Of a stretch of DNA of 64,000 bases, positions 8,126 through 17,623 are shown piece after piece. Numbering within the stretch: position 1 is the first letter of the stretch; every line of letters starts with the position of its first letter. Both the position numbers and the translations under genes were made by a program. The notes below the pieces were generated by a model. That model saw only the letters and a program-made list of their open reading frames with translations. It had not been told where the DNA came from and did no database searches. This DNA comes from an uncultured Rhodospirillaceae bacterium (GTDB lineage: Bacteria > Pseudomonadota > Alphaproteobacteria > Rhodospirillales > UBA2165), in the NCBI GenBank assembly GCA_964639965.1, contig CAZXGI010000006.1, forward strand, positions 1,554-65,553, in the 5' to 3' direction.

Positions 8126-10203
8126 TATACTTTCTTTCGCGAAATTATTAAATTGCCAAATTGATCAACCCTACCCTCTAGGTCGGGATCGATAAATATT
8201 GTTGTATCAGGTTGCTCGAGCAAAGCAGGACCCGGCACCCTCTGATCTATGGGAAGATTTAAACGATTATAAACGTCTGTTTGCCACCAATCTCCCTCAA
8301 ACCAAACTTCACGGGAATTAGTTTTAGCCTCTTCAACTGTATAATCACCGGATGGACCCAAAATTGACAAATCAAACTTTGGTCGACGGCCTATCACCGT
8401 TACCTTAAGGTTGAGAACCCGTATTCCAATATTATGCAGCAACCGCCCATAAGTCCTTTTATAGGTTTCTTCAAAAGCTGTCCGAATAACGTCTGAATTC
8501 AAGTCACGTTTTATATCTTCTAGTTCGATGGGAAGTTTAACAGCGACAGTGTGGGTTTGTCCTAAATAAAGCATATCCAATTCGATTACGCTCTCTAAAC
8601 GGTCAAATAGCACCTCAGCTTCAGCCAAACGTTTTTGGCCATCCTCTGCTGTCTTTTTTATTTCAGATGCTAGTTTTTTTATATCGAGATTCTCAAATCC
8701 GGTATTAATTGTGTGAACCCTATCAAACCGCATATCAGCGATGACACAACCTAAAGCACTTGTTACGCCCGGATATCGGGGTACCAGAGCTTTTGATAAG
8801 CCAACATCTTTTATAAGCGCACCGGCATGCAGTGCTCCACCCCCGCCAAAGGGCATAGCAATAAATTTTTCAGGATCATGTCCGCGTTCCACGGAAACCA
8901 AACGGATGGCGCCTGCCATTTTTGAATTAGCAACTTTAATAATCGCTTCAGCAGCCTCCATGACCTGGATCTTTAATGGTTCAGCCACATGTATTTTTAT
9001 TGCACTTTTTGCCGCGTCAACGTCTAAGCGAGTCAACTTACCACCGATCGGTTTATCACCATTTATCCTCCCTAGGACAACGTTAGCATCTGTCACCGTT
9101 GGACGATCATTACCTTGCCCATAACAAACAGGCCCGGGATCAGATCCAGCACTTTCAGGCCCCACTTGTAACAAGCCACCACGATCAACAGAGGCTATTG
9201 AGCCACCGCCTGCACCAATTGTTGTGATTTCAATCATTGGAGTGCGGATTACTAATCCAAAGTCAACTGCCGTTTGAGCGGCAAGCGCACTCACGCCATC
9301 AGCAACAAGGGACACATCAAAACTTGTCCCTCCCATATCGCATGTTATAAGGTTTGGAAATCCGGAACTCTTCCCAATATAAGCCCCAGCAATAACTCCA
9401 GCTGCAGGGCCAGATAATGCGGTTCGCACCGGAAACGATCTGGCCATATTAACGGACATTACACCGCCATTAGATTGCACAATTAGGACTTCACCTGCAA
9501 ATCCGCCTTTCCGCAAGCCCCCTTCAAGCCGTTCGAGATAATCGCCAATCGGAGGCTGCAAATAAGCATTCAATGTTGCTGTCGAACATCGTTCAAATTC
9601 ACGAATTTCCGGAAGAATTCCCGACGAAGATGTGATATGGTCGTTCGGCCATATCTCCCTTAATATTTCAATCGCTAATTTTTCATTAGCATCGTTAGCG
9701 TAGCTATTCATAAAAAACACACAAACAGATTCAGCCCCTTGAGCTAATAATTTTGCTGTTGCTGACTTCAAGTCACTTGGTTCAAGTTTAGTAAAAAGTG
9801 TACCATCAGCCAAAACTCTTTCATCAACCTCCACCCGCAATTCACGCGACACAATTGGATCAAACATCCCCCAAAGACCCCATGTCTCTGGTCGATCACG
9901 TCTCCGCATCTCAATTACATCGCGGAATCCCCGCGTTGTTATAATCCCAGTCTTGGCTCCTTTGCGTTCGAGAAGTGAATTAGTGCCAACAGTGGTACCA
10001 TGAATTATTAAAGATATTTCTGAGAGCCTTTTTAGATGTTGTGCTATCCCCTCTTGGATCCCAATAGATTGATCATTTCGAGTTGAAGGCACCTTCGCAA
10101 CATCACACGAACCATCATCTTCATTAAGGAAAAACACATCCGTGAAAGTGCCACCGACATCAACCCCGACTACCGTTCTAGATTTTTTTTGTATTTCGGC
10201 CAT
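8125..10203 (-). CDS. hyuA: Hydantoinase/oxoprolinase A subunit (HyuA family, ATP-dependent)
   Basis: 692 aa. N-terminal VGVDVGGTFTDV (ASKHA fold) and DMGGTSFDV, with a length typical of HyuA, N-methylhydantoinase A or OplA. Confidence 0.85.
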   Translation of the reverse strand: MAEIQKKSRTVVGVDVGGTFTDVFFLNEDDGSCDVAKVPSTRNDQSIGIQEGIAQHLKRLSEISLIIHGTTVGTNSLLERKGAKTGIITTRGFRDVIEMRRRDRPETWGLWGMFDPIVSRELRVEVDERVLADGTLFTKLEPSDLKSATAKLLAQGAESVCVFFMNSYANDANEKLAIEILREIWPNDHITSSSGILPEIREFERCSTATLNAYLQPPIGDYLERLEGGLRKGGFAGEVLIVQSNGGVMSVNMARSFPVRTALSGPAAGVIAGAYIGKSSGFPNLITCDMGGTSFDVSLVADGVSALAAQTAVDFGLVIRTPMIEITTIGAGGGSIASVDRGGLLQVGPESAGSDPGPVCYGQGNDRPTVTDANVVLGRINGDKPIGGKLTRLDVDAAKSAIKIHVAEPLKIQVMEAAEAIIKVANSKMAGAIRLVSVERGHDPEKFIAMPFGGGGALHAGALIKDVGLSKALVPRYPGVTSALGCVIADMRFDRVHTINTGFENLDIKKLASEIKKTAEDGQKRLAEAEVLFDRLESVIELDMLYLGQTHTVAVKLPIELEDIKRDLNSDVIRTAFEETYKRTYGRLLHNIGIRVLNLKVTVIGRRPKFDLSILGPSGDYTVEEAKTNSREVWFEGDWWQTDVYNRLNLPIDQRVPGPALLEQPDTTIFIDPDLEGRVDQFGNLIISRKKV

Positions 10204-10205
10204 GT

Positions 10206-11942
10206 TTAGCTCGTTTCGCGTAATCTATTAGTTTCTTTTTGATCAAGAATACCGTCATCAGATACAGAACATTTATAGTTTTCATATGCTGATTTAGCCG
10301 TTACATAACCAAGCCGCACATCTTCGGCCACAAGCTTTGGATCTCGCTCACAAGCATCACCGTAACCTCCGCCACCCGGCGTCTCTAGGCGAATGCGCTG
10401 ACCCTTTTCTAATTGTAAGCCAACCATCTTAGAAACCATGGGCGGCGATTCTTCACTATCGCCACCGACTGGATAAATAAACTTATTTCGAGATCCACTC
10501 TCACCCCCTATAACGCCGGGCGGACCAAATTTACCTCGCTCACCAAACAAAAAAGCATCCGCTTTTTCTTCAAGTAATTCAATCTCATAAATTGCACCAC
10601 AACCACCACGACTCCTGCCTGGTCCACCGCTATCTGGTCGTAATGCCCACTGGGTAAAGCGAATTGGGTAGGCGGCTTCCAAAATTTCTAAAGGGGGGAT
10701 GGTAGCTGTTGAAATTGGTGCATTACCATGATTAAGGCCGTCACCGTTCGGATGTCCGCCGTGGCCACCCCCAAAAAACGAAAACAAAACCCAGCGGGCC
10801 CCATTCTTGCGATAACCTGCCATTGATAACGCATTGATTGTTCCATAGGCACATCCGTTGCTTATTTCTGGAGCAACCTTAGAAATCGCCTGAAACATCA
10901 CATCGATAACACGGAGGATTGTCTCGGTATAGCCACCGACAGGCTTCGGTCGGCTAACACTTAACAGACTATCATTTGGGATAACAAAATCAATCGGATC
11001 CAACACACCAGCATTCGCAGGTACCTCGCGAAAAATATGCTTAAGCGCAACATAACAAGACGCGACACATGTAGAACGCGAGATGTTTACTGGTCCGTCA
11101 CATGCAGTCGATGTCTTTGAAAAATCTAAAGTCATTCGATTATTGACAATCACGATATCAAGACCAATTTTTAATGATTCATCAATAATACCGTCATTAT
11201 CTAGCCAGTCTTCTGCCGAATAAGTACCATTTGGAAGATCACTAATGTAACTCTTCATCAACTTGGCGGCACTTTCATTCAATTCAACCAAAGCTGATGT
11301 AATTTTCTCTTCACCATATTCTTCAAGCAAATCCGTTAACCTCTGATCACCAAGATCAAGGGCGCTAACCTGCCCATTTAGATCCCCATAAAGACTTCCT
11401 GGTAGGCGCGAATTTGATTGTAAGATTGCAACAATATCCTCGTTGAGGATGCCAGAGCTATAAAGTAATACTGGCGGAATTAGCATACCTTCCTGATAAC
11501 ATTCCGTTGCTACTGGATTATAATTACCTGGTACATTTCCACCAACGTCATGCCAATGGCCAACAGACGCCAAAAAGCAAAAAACCTGTCCGCCATGAAA
11601 GAAAGGTCTTACAAGTTTAAAATCTGAAAGGTGGGTTCCACCTTCGTAAGGATCATTGAATACAAAAACATCACCAGGATTAAGGACAATTTTCTCCTGT
11701 TCGACTTTATCAATCACCATTTTTACCGCAAATGACATCGCACCAACAAAAACTGGTAAACCAGACTTGCCCTGAATTAAGGTCTCCCCCGTTTTAGCAT
11801 GGTATAGCCCATGGCTAGCATCGTGGGCCTCCGCTATTATCGGATTAAAGGCACTGCGGAAAAGTGTGGCATCCATTTCATCCGCAATCTGTTCCAACCT
11901 TCCTTTAAGAACGGCCAATATCACCGGATCCATTTTTTGCAT
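10206..11942 (-). CDS. hyuB: Hydantoinase B/oxoprolinase subunit (HyuB family)
   Basis: The ORF extends to 11975. MQKMDPVILAVLKGRLEQIADEM matches the usual HyuB N-terminus, and ATG 11942 gives a TGA-G-ATG junction with the upstream gene. It sits 2 nt before hyuA. Confidence 0.85.
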   Translation of the reverse strand: MQKMDPVILAVLKGRLEQIADEMDATLFRSAFNPIIAEAHDASHGLYHAKTGETLIQGKSGLPVFVGAMSFAVKMVIDKVEQEKIVLNPGDVFVFNDPYEGGTHLSDFKLVRPFFHGGQVFCFLASVGHWHDVGGNVPGNYNPVATECYQEGMLIPPVLLYSSGILNEDIVAILQSNSRLPGSLYGDLNGQVSALDLGDQRLTDLLEEYGEEKITSALVELNESAAKLMKSYISDLPNGTYSAEDWLDNDGIIDESLKIGLDIVIVNNRMTLDFSKTSTACDGPVNISRSTCVASCYVALKHIFREVPANAGVLDPIDFVIPNDSLLSVSRPKPVGGYTETILRVIDVMFQAISKVAPEISNGCAYGTINALSMAGYRKNGARWVLFSFFGGGHGGHPNGDGLNHGNAPISTATIPPLEILEAAYPIRFTQWALRPDSGGPGRSRGGCGAIYEIELLEEKADAFLFGERGKFGPPGVIGGESGSRNKFIYPVGGDSEESPPMVSKMVGLQLEKGQRIRLETPGGGGYGDACERDPKLVAEDVRLGYVTAKSAYENYKCSVSDDGILDQKETNRLRETS

Positions 11943-11943
11943 C

Positions 11944-12828
11944 TCAATCATCGCCATTAGTGTAACGATTGCCAACTTGGAGCATTTCTTTAGTTCCTAA
12001 AAGTTCGTTTAACTCATCGAAATCAAACATTTGGGCTTGATGCTGTATCGTTGAGCCATGCCTCAATAACGAATTGAAGTAATTCTCCGCAGCATAAGCA
12101 AGCGCTCGAACTAGGGCGCCGGGGAATATTACAATCGAAAATCCCTTCTCTTCTAGTTCTAAAGCTGGCGCCATCGGAGTTTTTCCACCTTCAACCATAT
12201 TTATTAGTAATGGAATTTTGTCACCAAACTGTTCAACAACACGCGCAATTTGTTCCGCACTTTGCATAGCTTCAATAAATAAGACATCTGCTCCTGCTTC
12301 AACATAACCAACAGCCCGATCAATTGCACGCTCATAGCCCTCAACGGCAATTGCATCCGTCCTTGCAATGATCATTGTATTTTCGTCTTTGCGAGCATCA
12401 AGTGCGGCTTTGACCTTACCATTCATCTCATCTGTAGTTATCAGCACTTTACCATCAAGATGCCCACAGCGTTTCGGTGAAGACTGATCTTCTAATTGTA
12501 TACCTGAAGCGCCGTTTCTTTCGAGAAGCGTAACAGTTCTTTGCACATTTAAAGCATTACCAAATCCCGTGTCGGCATCAACGATTAAAGGCAAATTGAC
12601 CCTTTCGCGGATTGTGCCGACTATTGTCGCGAGTTCATCCAAAGTGACTAAACCAATATCAGGCCGAGCAAGCTTCGTATACGCTATTGAAGCTCCAGAA
12701 AGATAGAGCGCTTCAAAACCTGCACGCTCACCCATCATGGCACCAAAGGCATCGTAAATTCCTGGCGTTAATAATATTCGATCCTGTTTTATTCGGTTTC
12801 TTAAAATTTTTTGTGGCGACATAGCCAT
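11944..12828 (-). CDS. Isocitrate lyase/PEP mutase family enzyme (methylisocitrate or 2,3-dimethylmalate lyase-like)
   Basis: 294 aa. Contains the family signature EDQSSPKRCGHLDGK (K-[KR]-C-G-H). Size is like PrpB or Dml. Confidence 0.8.
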   Translation of the reverse strand: MAMSPQKILRNRIKQDRILLTPGIYDAFGAMMGERAGFEALYLSGASIAYTKLARPDIGLVTLDELATIVGTIRERVNLPLIVDADTGFGNALNVQRTVTLLERNGASGIQLEDQSSPKRCGHLDGKVLITTDEMNGKVKAALDARKDENTMIIARTDAIAVEGYERAIDRAVGYVEAGADVLFIEAMQSAEQIARVVEQFGDKIPLLINMVEGGKTPMAPALELEEKGFSIVIFPGALVRALAYAAENYFNSLLRHGSTIQHQAQMFDFDELNELLGTKEMLQVGNRYTNGDD

Positions 12829-12837
12829 TCCTTTTTG

Positions 12838-13323
12838 TTAGGTCTGGTTCAAAGTTCTTTTAAGATGGGGCACAAGTCCACCTGCTTCGATTAAAGCTAA
12901 TAGATTTGCTGGCACCGCTTCACCAGCTAGATCTATACCTGTAGAAAGATTATGTATTTTGCCAGACTTGAGATTTAGCGTTATTTTATTTCCGGCATTA
13001 ATTGGTTCAATATCATTTAATTTAATGGCAGGCAGTCCAAGATTAAAGGCGTTACGATAAAAAATACCGCTAAACGACTCCGCGATCACAGCGGCTACAC
13101 CCAAAGTTTTCAGCACTTGAGCCGCTTGCTCACGACTAGAACCCATGCCAAAATTTTTCCCGGCGACTACAAAATCCCCCTCAACCACTGAACCCGCAAA
13201 TAAAGGGTCGACTGTTTCTAAGCAATGACTTGCGAGTTCGTCTAGTGGCAGCTTAATATAAACACCAGGTACCAATAAATCCGTATTAATTTCATCCCCA
13301 AATTTCCATACTTGGCCAGACAT
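12838..13323 (-). CDS. Aconitase-family dehydratase small subunit (short LeuD/HacB/DmdB type)
   Basis: 161 aa with GKNFGMGSSREQA (the GxGSSRE swivel-domain motif). The start overlaps the large-subunit stop (TAATG). Confidence 0.8.
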   Translation of the reverse strand: MSGQVWKFGDEINTDLLVPGVYIKLPLDELASHCLETVDPLFAGSVVEGDFVVAGKNFGMGSSREQAAQVLKTLGVAAVIAESFSGIFYRNAFNLGLPAIKLNDIEPINAGNKITLNLKSGKIHNLSTGIDLAGEAVPANLLALIEAGGLVPHLKRTLNQT

Positions 13324-14588
13324 TATAACAAAATATCTCTAGGATCTGAAATATATCCCTTGATAGCACTTGCTGATACTGTATAGGGAGAAGCTAAATA
13401 CACCTTAGAGCTACTAGCTCCCATTCTTCCTTGAAAGTTCCGGGCTGTTGAAGCTAAGCAAACTTCTTCTTCTGCTAAGACACCTATCCCATAACCTGCA
13501 CAAGCACCGCACCCTGGAGGCAGTAAACTTGCCCCGGCTTCCAATAACACTTCAATTATGCCCTGCTTCGTTGCTAAACTTAAAACATGTGAAGAAGCTG
13601 GAGCAATTGTGAGTCGTTTACCCTCAGCAATTTTATAACCTCTTAAAACAGACGCCGCCATTTCTAAATCGTTCAGTTTGGCACCAGTGCAAGCCCCAAT
13701 GTAAAATTGGTCAATTTTATCCTGACCAACCTCTCCAACTGGAACAGCGTTTGCCGGACTATGTGGTGGGGCAACTTGAGGTGCCAAACCTGCAGCATCA
13801 AATTCGTGAGTAACCTTATAATTTGCATCTGGATCACTTTTGTACTTTCTCCAATCCCCCGGTTCACCACCGACCGACCTAACGTAAGCTACAGTAATCT
13901 CATCTGGCTCGATAAGACCAGATTGTGCGCCAAGTTCGGCGCTCATATTACTCAAAGTCATACGCTCAAAAATATTTAGCTTCTCAATCGTGTCACCACA
14001 GTAGAGAATTGATTGATAATCACCACCATTCATTCCGAGTGTGGCGCACATCTTAAGCGCCATATCCTTAGCAGCAACGCCAATACCCATATTACCCGAC
14101 CACCTGATCCGGATAGTCTCAGGAATTTTTATCCAAGTTTGCCCTGTAACAAGAATACCAAGCATATCAGTGGCACCAACTCCAAACATGTAGCTGCCAA
14201 ATGCGCCTCCGGTAGGAGAATGACTGTCGCCACCCACGGCAAACATGCCTGGAGACAAATGACCGTTTTCTGGCACCACAATATGACAGATACCTTTTTG
14301 ATCATAAAAATTTTTAACGTTATATTCTGAGGCCCACTCTCTCGTTAACTTCAGAATGCTAGCACTTTCAGAATCGGTACAAGGCGCAAAATGATCAGAC
14401 ACCAAGACAACCTTCCCGGGATCCCAAACGCCTGCACCTAACTGCTCCATAGTCGACTTAATACGTCGAGGGCCACCGCTATCATGGATCATAGCTAAAT
14501 CAACGTTGCAGGTGACGACTTCACCAGGCTTAACAAACTTTTGATTAGCTGCTTTTGCTATAATTTTTTCTGCGATCGTTTGACCCAT
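13323..14588 (-). CDS. Aconitase-family dehydratase large subunit (short LeuC/HacA/DmdA type)
   Basis: 421 aa. MIHDSGGP and GGDSHSPTGGAFG are present, and the Fe-S cluster cysteines appear in YIGACTG and PGCGACAG. Confidence 0.8.
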   Translation of the reverse strand: MGQTIAEKIIAKAANQKFVKPGEVVTCNVDLAMIHDSGGPRRIKSTMEQLGAGVWDPGKVVLVSDHFAPCTDSESASILKLTREWASEYNVKNFYDQKGICHIVVPENGHLSPGMFAVGGDSHSPTGGAFGSYMFGVGATDMLGILVTGQTWIKIPETIRIRWSGNMGIGVAAKDMALKMCATLGMNGGDYQSILYCGDTIEKLNIFERMTLSNMSAELGAQSGLIEPDEITVAYVRSVGGEPGDWRKYKSDPDANYKVTHEFDAAGLAPQVAPPHSPANAVPVGEVGQDKIDQFYIGACTGAKLNDLEMAASVLRGYKIAEGKRLTIAPASSHVLSLATKQGIIEVLLEAGASLLPPGCGACAGYGIGVLAEEEVCLASTARNFQGRMGASSSKVYLASPYTVSASAIKGYISDPRDILL

Positions 14589-14721
14589 AATTTGCTCGTT
14601 AAATCACTTTATTCTTGATTTCTTATTACTTTAAACGTTGTGTTGATCTATTAATGTAACATTTGTATATTCGGATCAATAAATTAAACCAGAAATAAAT
14701 AATTCCAAGGGAGGAAGTGAT

Positions 14722-15729
14722 ATGAATAAAACAATCCTAGCAGCAGCGGCAAGCGTAATTATAATGCAATCTACTAGCGTATTTGCAACAGGTCCAATCA
14801 AAGTTGCATCATTTGTTTCCCCAAAAAGCATGGGGGTCACAAGAGTTATAAAACCTTGGATGGCCAATGTTAAGGCCGATGTTGGAGGTAAGGTTGAACT
14901 AAAGGGCTATTGGGGTGGATCACTCGGTAAAAGTCCGGTAAAGCAATATGAATTGGTAAAGAATGGTGTAGCCGATTTAGCGTGGATTTTGCCTGGTTAT
15001 ACCTCGGGACAATTTCCAGAAATGCAAATAGTTGAACTTCCATTTTTATTAAATACGGCTCTTGAGGCCTCTCTAGTTATTCAACGATTACATGACGCGG
15101 GCTTTAAAACAGGTCTAGGTCAAGTTAAATTGATAGGAGCTTGGGCCTCTGCACCAAATTTGTTATTCCTAAACAAACCTGTAAAGAAAATCTCTGATTT
15201 GAAAAATCTAAAAATTAGGAATGCTGGTTCCGTAGGGGGATATTGGCTGGGAAAAATCGGAGCTATCCCACAAACCATGAGCGCACCAAAAATGACCGTC
15301 GCTCTTAACCGGAAAACAATTGACGGAGGTCAACAAGGTTGGACAGGAATGAGGACTTTTAAAGCAATGCGCCTTGTTACACATGTCATGGATCTGCCTT
15401 TAGGTGCCATTCCCTTCTTCTTAGGAATGAACAAGAAGAAATGGGATGGACTTCCTAAAGATGTTCAAGCAGCATTCTTAAAACACGGCAGCGAAAAAAT
15501 CGCTCGGAATGGAGGCGCTGCTTATGGGGATGCCACCTTAAAGATTATAAAATCAAATCCACAGGCAAAAAAACTTACGATTGTCAAACCTAGTGGAGCA
15601 GAATTCAATAAAACGGTTAAAGACGCCAAAGCTTCTGTACACAAATGGTGGATAAATAAAACAAAAAATGGCCAAGCTGTTTACGATAAAGCCGTTAAGA
15701 TTATAGCGGACGTTCGAAAGAACGGATAA
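14722..15729 (+). CDS. TRAP transporter solute-binding protein (DctP family)
   Basis: 335 aa with an N-terminal signal peptide MNKTILAAAASVIIMQSTSVFA and a strong RBS GGGAGGAAG. DctQ and DctM genes follow. Confidence 0.75.
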   Translation: MNKTILAAAASVIIMQSTSVFATGPIKVASFVSPKSMGVTRVIKPWMANVKADVGGKVELKGYWGGSLGKSPVKQYELVKNGVADLAWILPGYTSGQFPEMQIVELPFLLNTALEASLVIQRLHDAGFKTGLGQVKLIGAWASAPNLLFLNKPVKKISDLKNLKIRNAGSVGGYWLGKIGAIPQTMSAPKMTVALNRKTIDGGQQGWTGMRTFKAMRLVTHVMDLPLGAIPFFLGMNKKKWDGLPKDVQAAFLKHGSEKIARNGGAAYGDATLKIIKSNPQAKKLTIVKPSGAEFNKTVKDAKASVHKWWINKTKNGQAVYDKAVKIIADVRKNG

Positions 15730-15750
15730 ACTATCATTTGGTAGAAAAAA

Positions 15751-16287
15751 TTGGATCAATTTGAAACAACAAGCAGGCGGCTTAGCGAATACCTAAAGCT
15801 GGTCGCCTGCGTTGGCTTTACTGGGCTTGTCGCAGTTGCCCTATTAACTATGGTTGATGGTTTAGGGCGGTGGCTGGCGCTCCCTCGCATTCCGGGGTTC
15901 AATGATTATGCTCAAATTTCTTATGCTATCGTAATCTCATCTTGTTTTCCCTCATTACTTCTCAGAGATCAAAATGTAACTATCCGTTTTCTCGGAAGAG
16001 CGTTTAAGGGTCGAACAAACTATTGGCTGGAAGTTTTTGGTAATTTGTTTACCCTATTCTTTTTCTCGATACTTGTTTGGCAATTCTATCTACTAACGAT
16101 TGACCTTCAGGTTAATAATAGAACGTCCCCGACTATAGAGTTCCCTATTGCACCTTGGTGGTGGATCATCTCATTTATAATGACGATTACCGTTCCGGTA
16201 CAGGTGATCGTTTTCGCGGATAGTGTCTACAGTGCCATTCGTAATCAACCCAGCCGCCTTCCCAAAGAAGAAACGGAGAGCGTTTAA
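15751..16287 (+). CDS. TRAP transporter small permease (DctQ family)
   Basis: 178-aa membrane protein with a TTG start, lying between the DctP and DctM genes. Confidence 0.65.
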   Translation: MDQFETTSRRLSEYLKLVACVGFTGLVAVALLTMVDGLGRWLALPRIPGFNDYAQISYAIVISSCFPSLLLRDQNVTIRFLGRAFKGRTNYWLEVFGNLFTLFFFSILVWQFYLLTIDLQVNNRTSPTIEFPIAPWWWIISFIMTITVPVQVIVFADSVYSAIRNQPSRLPKEETESV

Positions 16288-17591
16288 TGGATCCTATTGT
16301 CATAGGTGCCTTAGGTCTTGGTGCGATGTTTGTTCTTATCGCCCTCCATGTACCTATCGGTGTAGCTATGGGCATCACCGGAGTAGCTTCAGTAGGCTTT
16401 ATGATTGGCTGGGAACCAGCCCTTACGCTTCTCGGCACCGAGCCATCGGCAAAGATTGAAGATGAAGGGCTGGCTGTTGTCGCTCTTTTTCTGTTGATGG
16501 GCGCCTTTGCAACGGAAGCCGGTGTCTCGGCAGATATGTATAGGCTCGCTTATGCAATGGTTGGTCACTTTCGTGGGGGTCTAGCTATGTCAACAATTGG
16601 CGGATGTGCGGGTTTTGGAGCTATTTGCGGCTCCTCTATTGCCACCACAGCAACCATGGCAAAAATCGCATTGCCCGAAATGATAGATCGCAACTATAAG
16701 CGAACATTAGCGAGTGGATGTATCGCAGCAGGTGGCACCCTAGGAATGCTGGTCCCACCTTCCGTCGTAATGATTATTTATGGAATTCTAACTGAAGAAA
16801 GCATTATTGCATTATTTGCTGCAGCTATTTTTCCTGGGGCCATTGCAACCGTCCTTTACTGCATTACGATCAGTATTATTGTGCGACTAAAACCTGATTC
16901 AGGTCCAGCTGGTGAACGACTTCCATGGAAAGAAAAATTGTCTGTATTGATCGCCTCATGGCGTTTCTTGCTAATAGCGATCCTCGTTTCGGGCGGAATT
17001 TATACCGGAATTTTTACAATCACAGAAGCAGCATCAGTCGGTGCAAGTCTTGCTTTCATTTTTGCTATATTCAATGGCATGAGAATGGAGGGTTTTTTAA
17101 ATTGCCTTTCAACGACAGCAGCAAATACTGGAATGATTTTTGTTATCATTATGGGCGCATCAGTCTTTAGCTACTTCATCACATTATCTGGTTTACCTGA
17201 TGCATCAGTCCAGTTCATCAAAAGCTTAAACGCCTCAGATTTCATAGTTCTTTTCATGCTGATGGTATTATATCTCATTCTTGGTAGTATTTTCGATACT
17301 GTTGCAGCTATGGTGATTACGTTACCTTTCGTTTATCCAGTCATCATGGATATGGGTTACGATCCCATATGGTGGGGCGTTATTAACGTAATGATAATGG
17401 AGATCGGCATGATCACACCCCCCATTGGGATCAATGTATTTGTACTTAACGGCATGTCAAAAGATCTTAACCTAAAAACAATTTATGCGGGAATTTTTCC
17501 ATTCTTCATGACAGATATCGTACGCTTGGCTATATGTCTAATATTTCCAGCCACCGCGCTCTGGCTGCCAAAGGCTTGGGGATTAATGTAG
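16287..17591 (+). CDS. TRAP transporter large permease (DctM family)
   Basis: 434-aa polytopic membrane protein with a 1-nt overlap with the DctQ gene. Confidence 0.85.
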   Translation: MDPIVIGALGLGAMFVLIALHVPIGVAMGITGVASVGFMIGWEPALTLLGTEPSAKIEDEGLAVVALFLLMGAFATEAGVSADMYRLAYAMVGHFRGGLAMSTIGGCAGFGAICGSSIATTATMAKIALPEMIDRNYKRTLASGCIAAGGTLGMLVPPSVVMIIYGILTEESIIALFAAAIFPGAIATVLYCITISIIVRLKPDSGPAGERLPWKEKLSVLIASWRFLLIAILVSGGIYTGIFTITEAASVGASLAFIFAIFNGMRMEGFLNCLSTTAANTGMIFVIIMGASVFSYFITLSGLPDASVQFIKSLNASDFIVLFMLMVLYLILGSIFDTVAAMVITLPFVYPVIMDMGYDPIWWGVINVMIMEIGMITPPIGINVFVLNGMSKDLNLKTIYAGIFPFFMTDIVRLAICLIFPATALWLPKAWGLM

Positions 17592-17623
17592 AGAAAATCA
17601 TTGGTTGTGGGGTGTCTTTCTAG

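Noticed and set aside
8741-9124. 127-aa ORF antisense to hyuA. Similar long antisense ORFs occur at 33488-33889, 43127-43540, 48838-49356 and 54648-55109.
   Set aside because: All lie entirely inside well-supported genes on the other strand. They have low-complexity Ser/Pro/Ala-rich translations and no recognisable motifs, which is typical of shadow ORFs.
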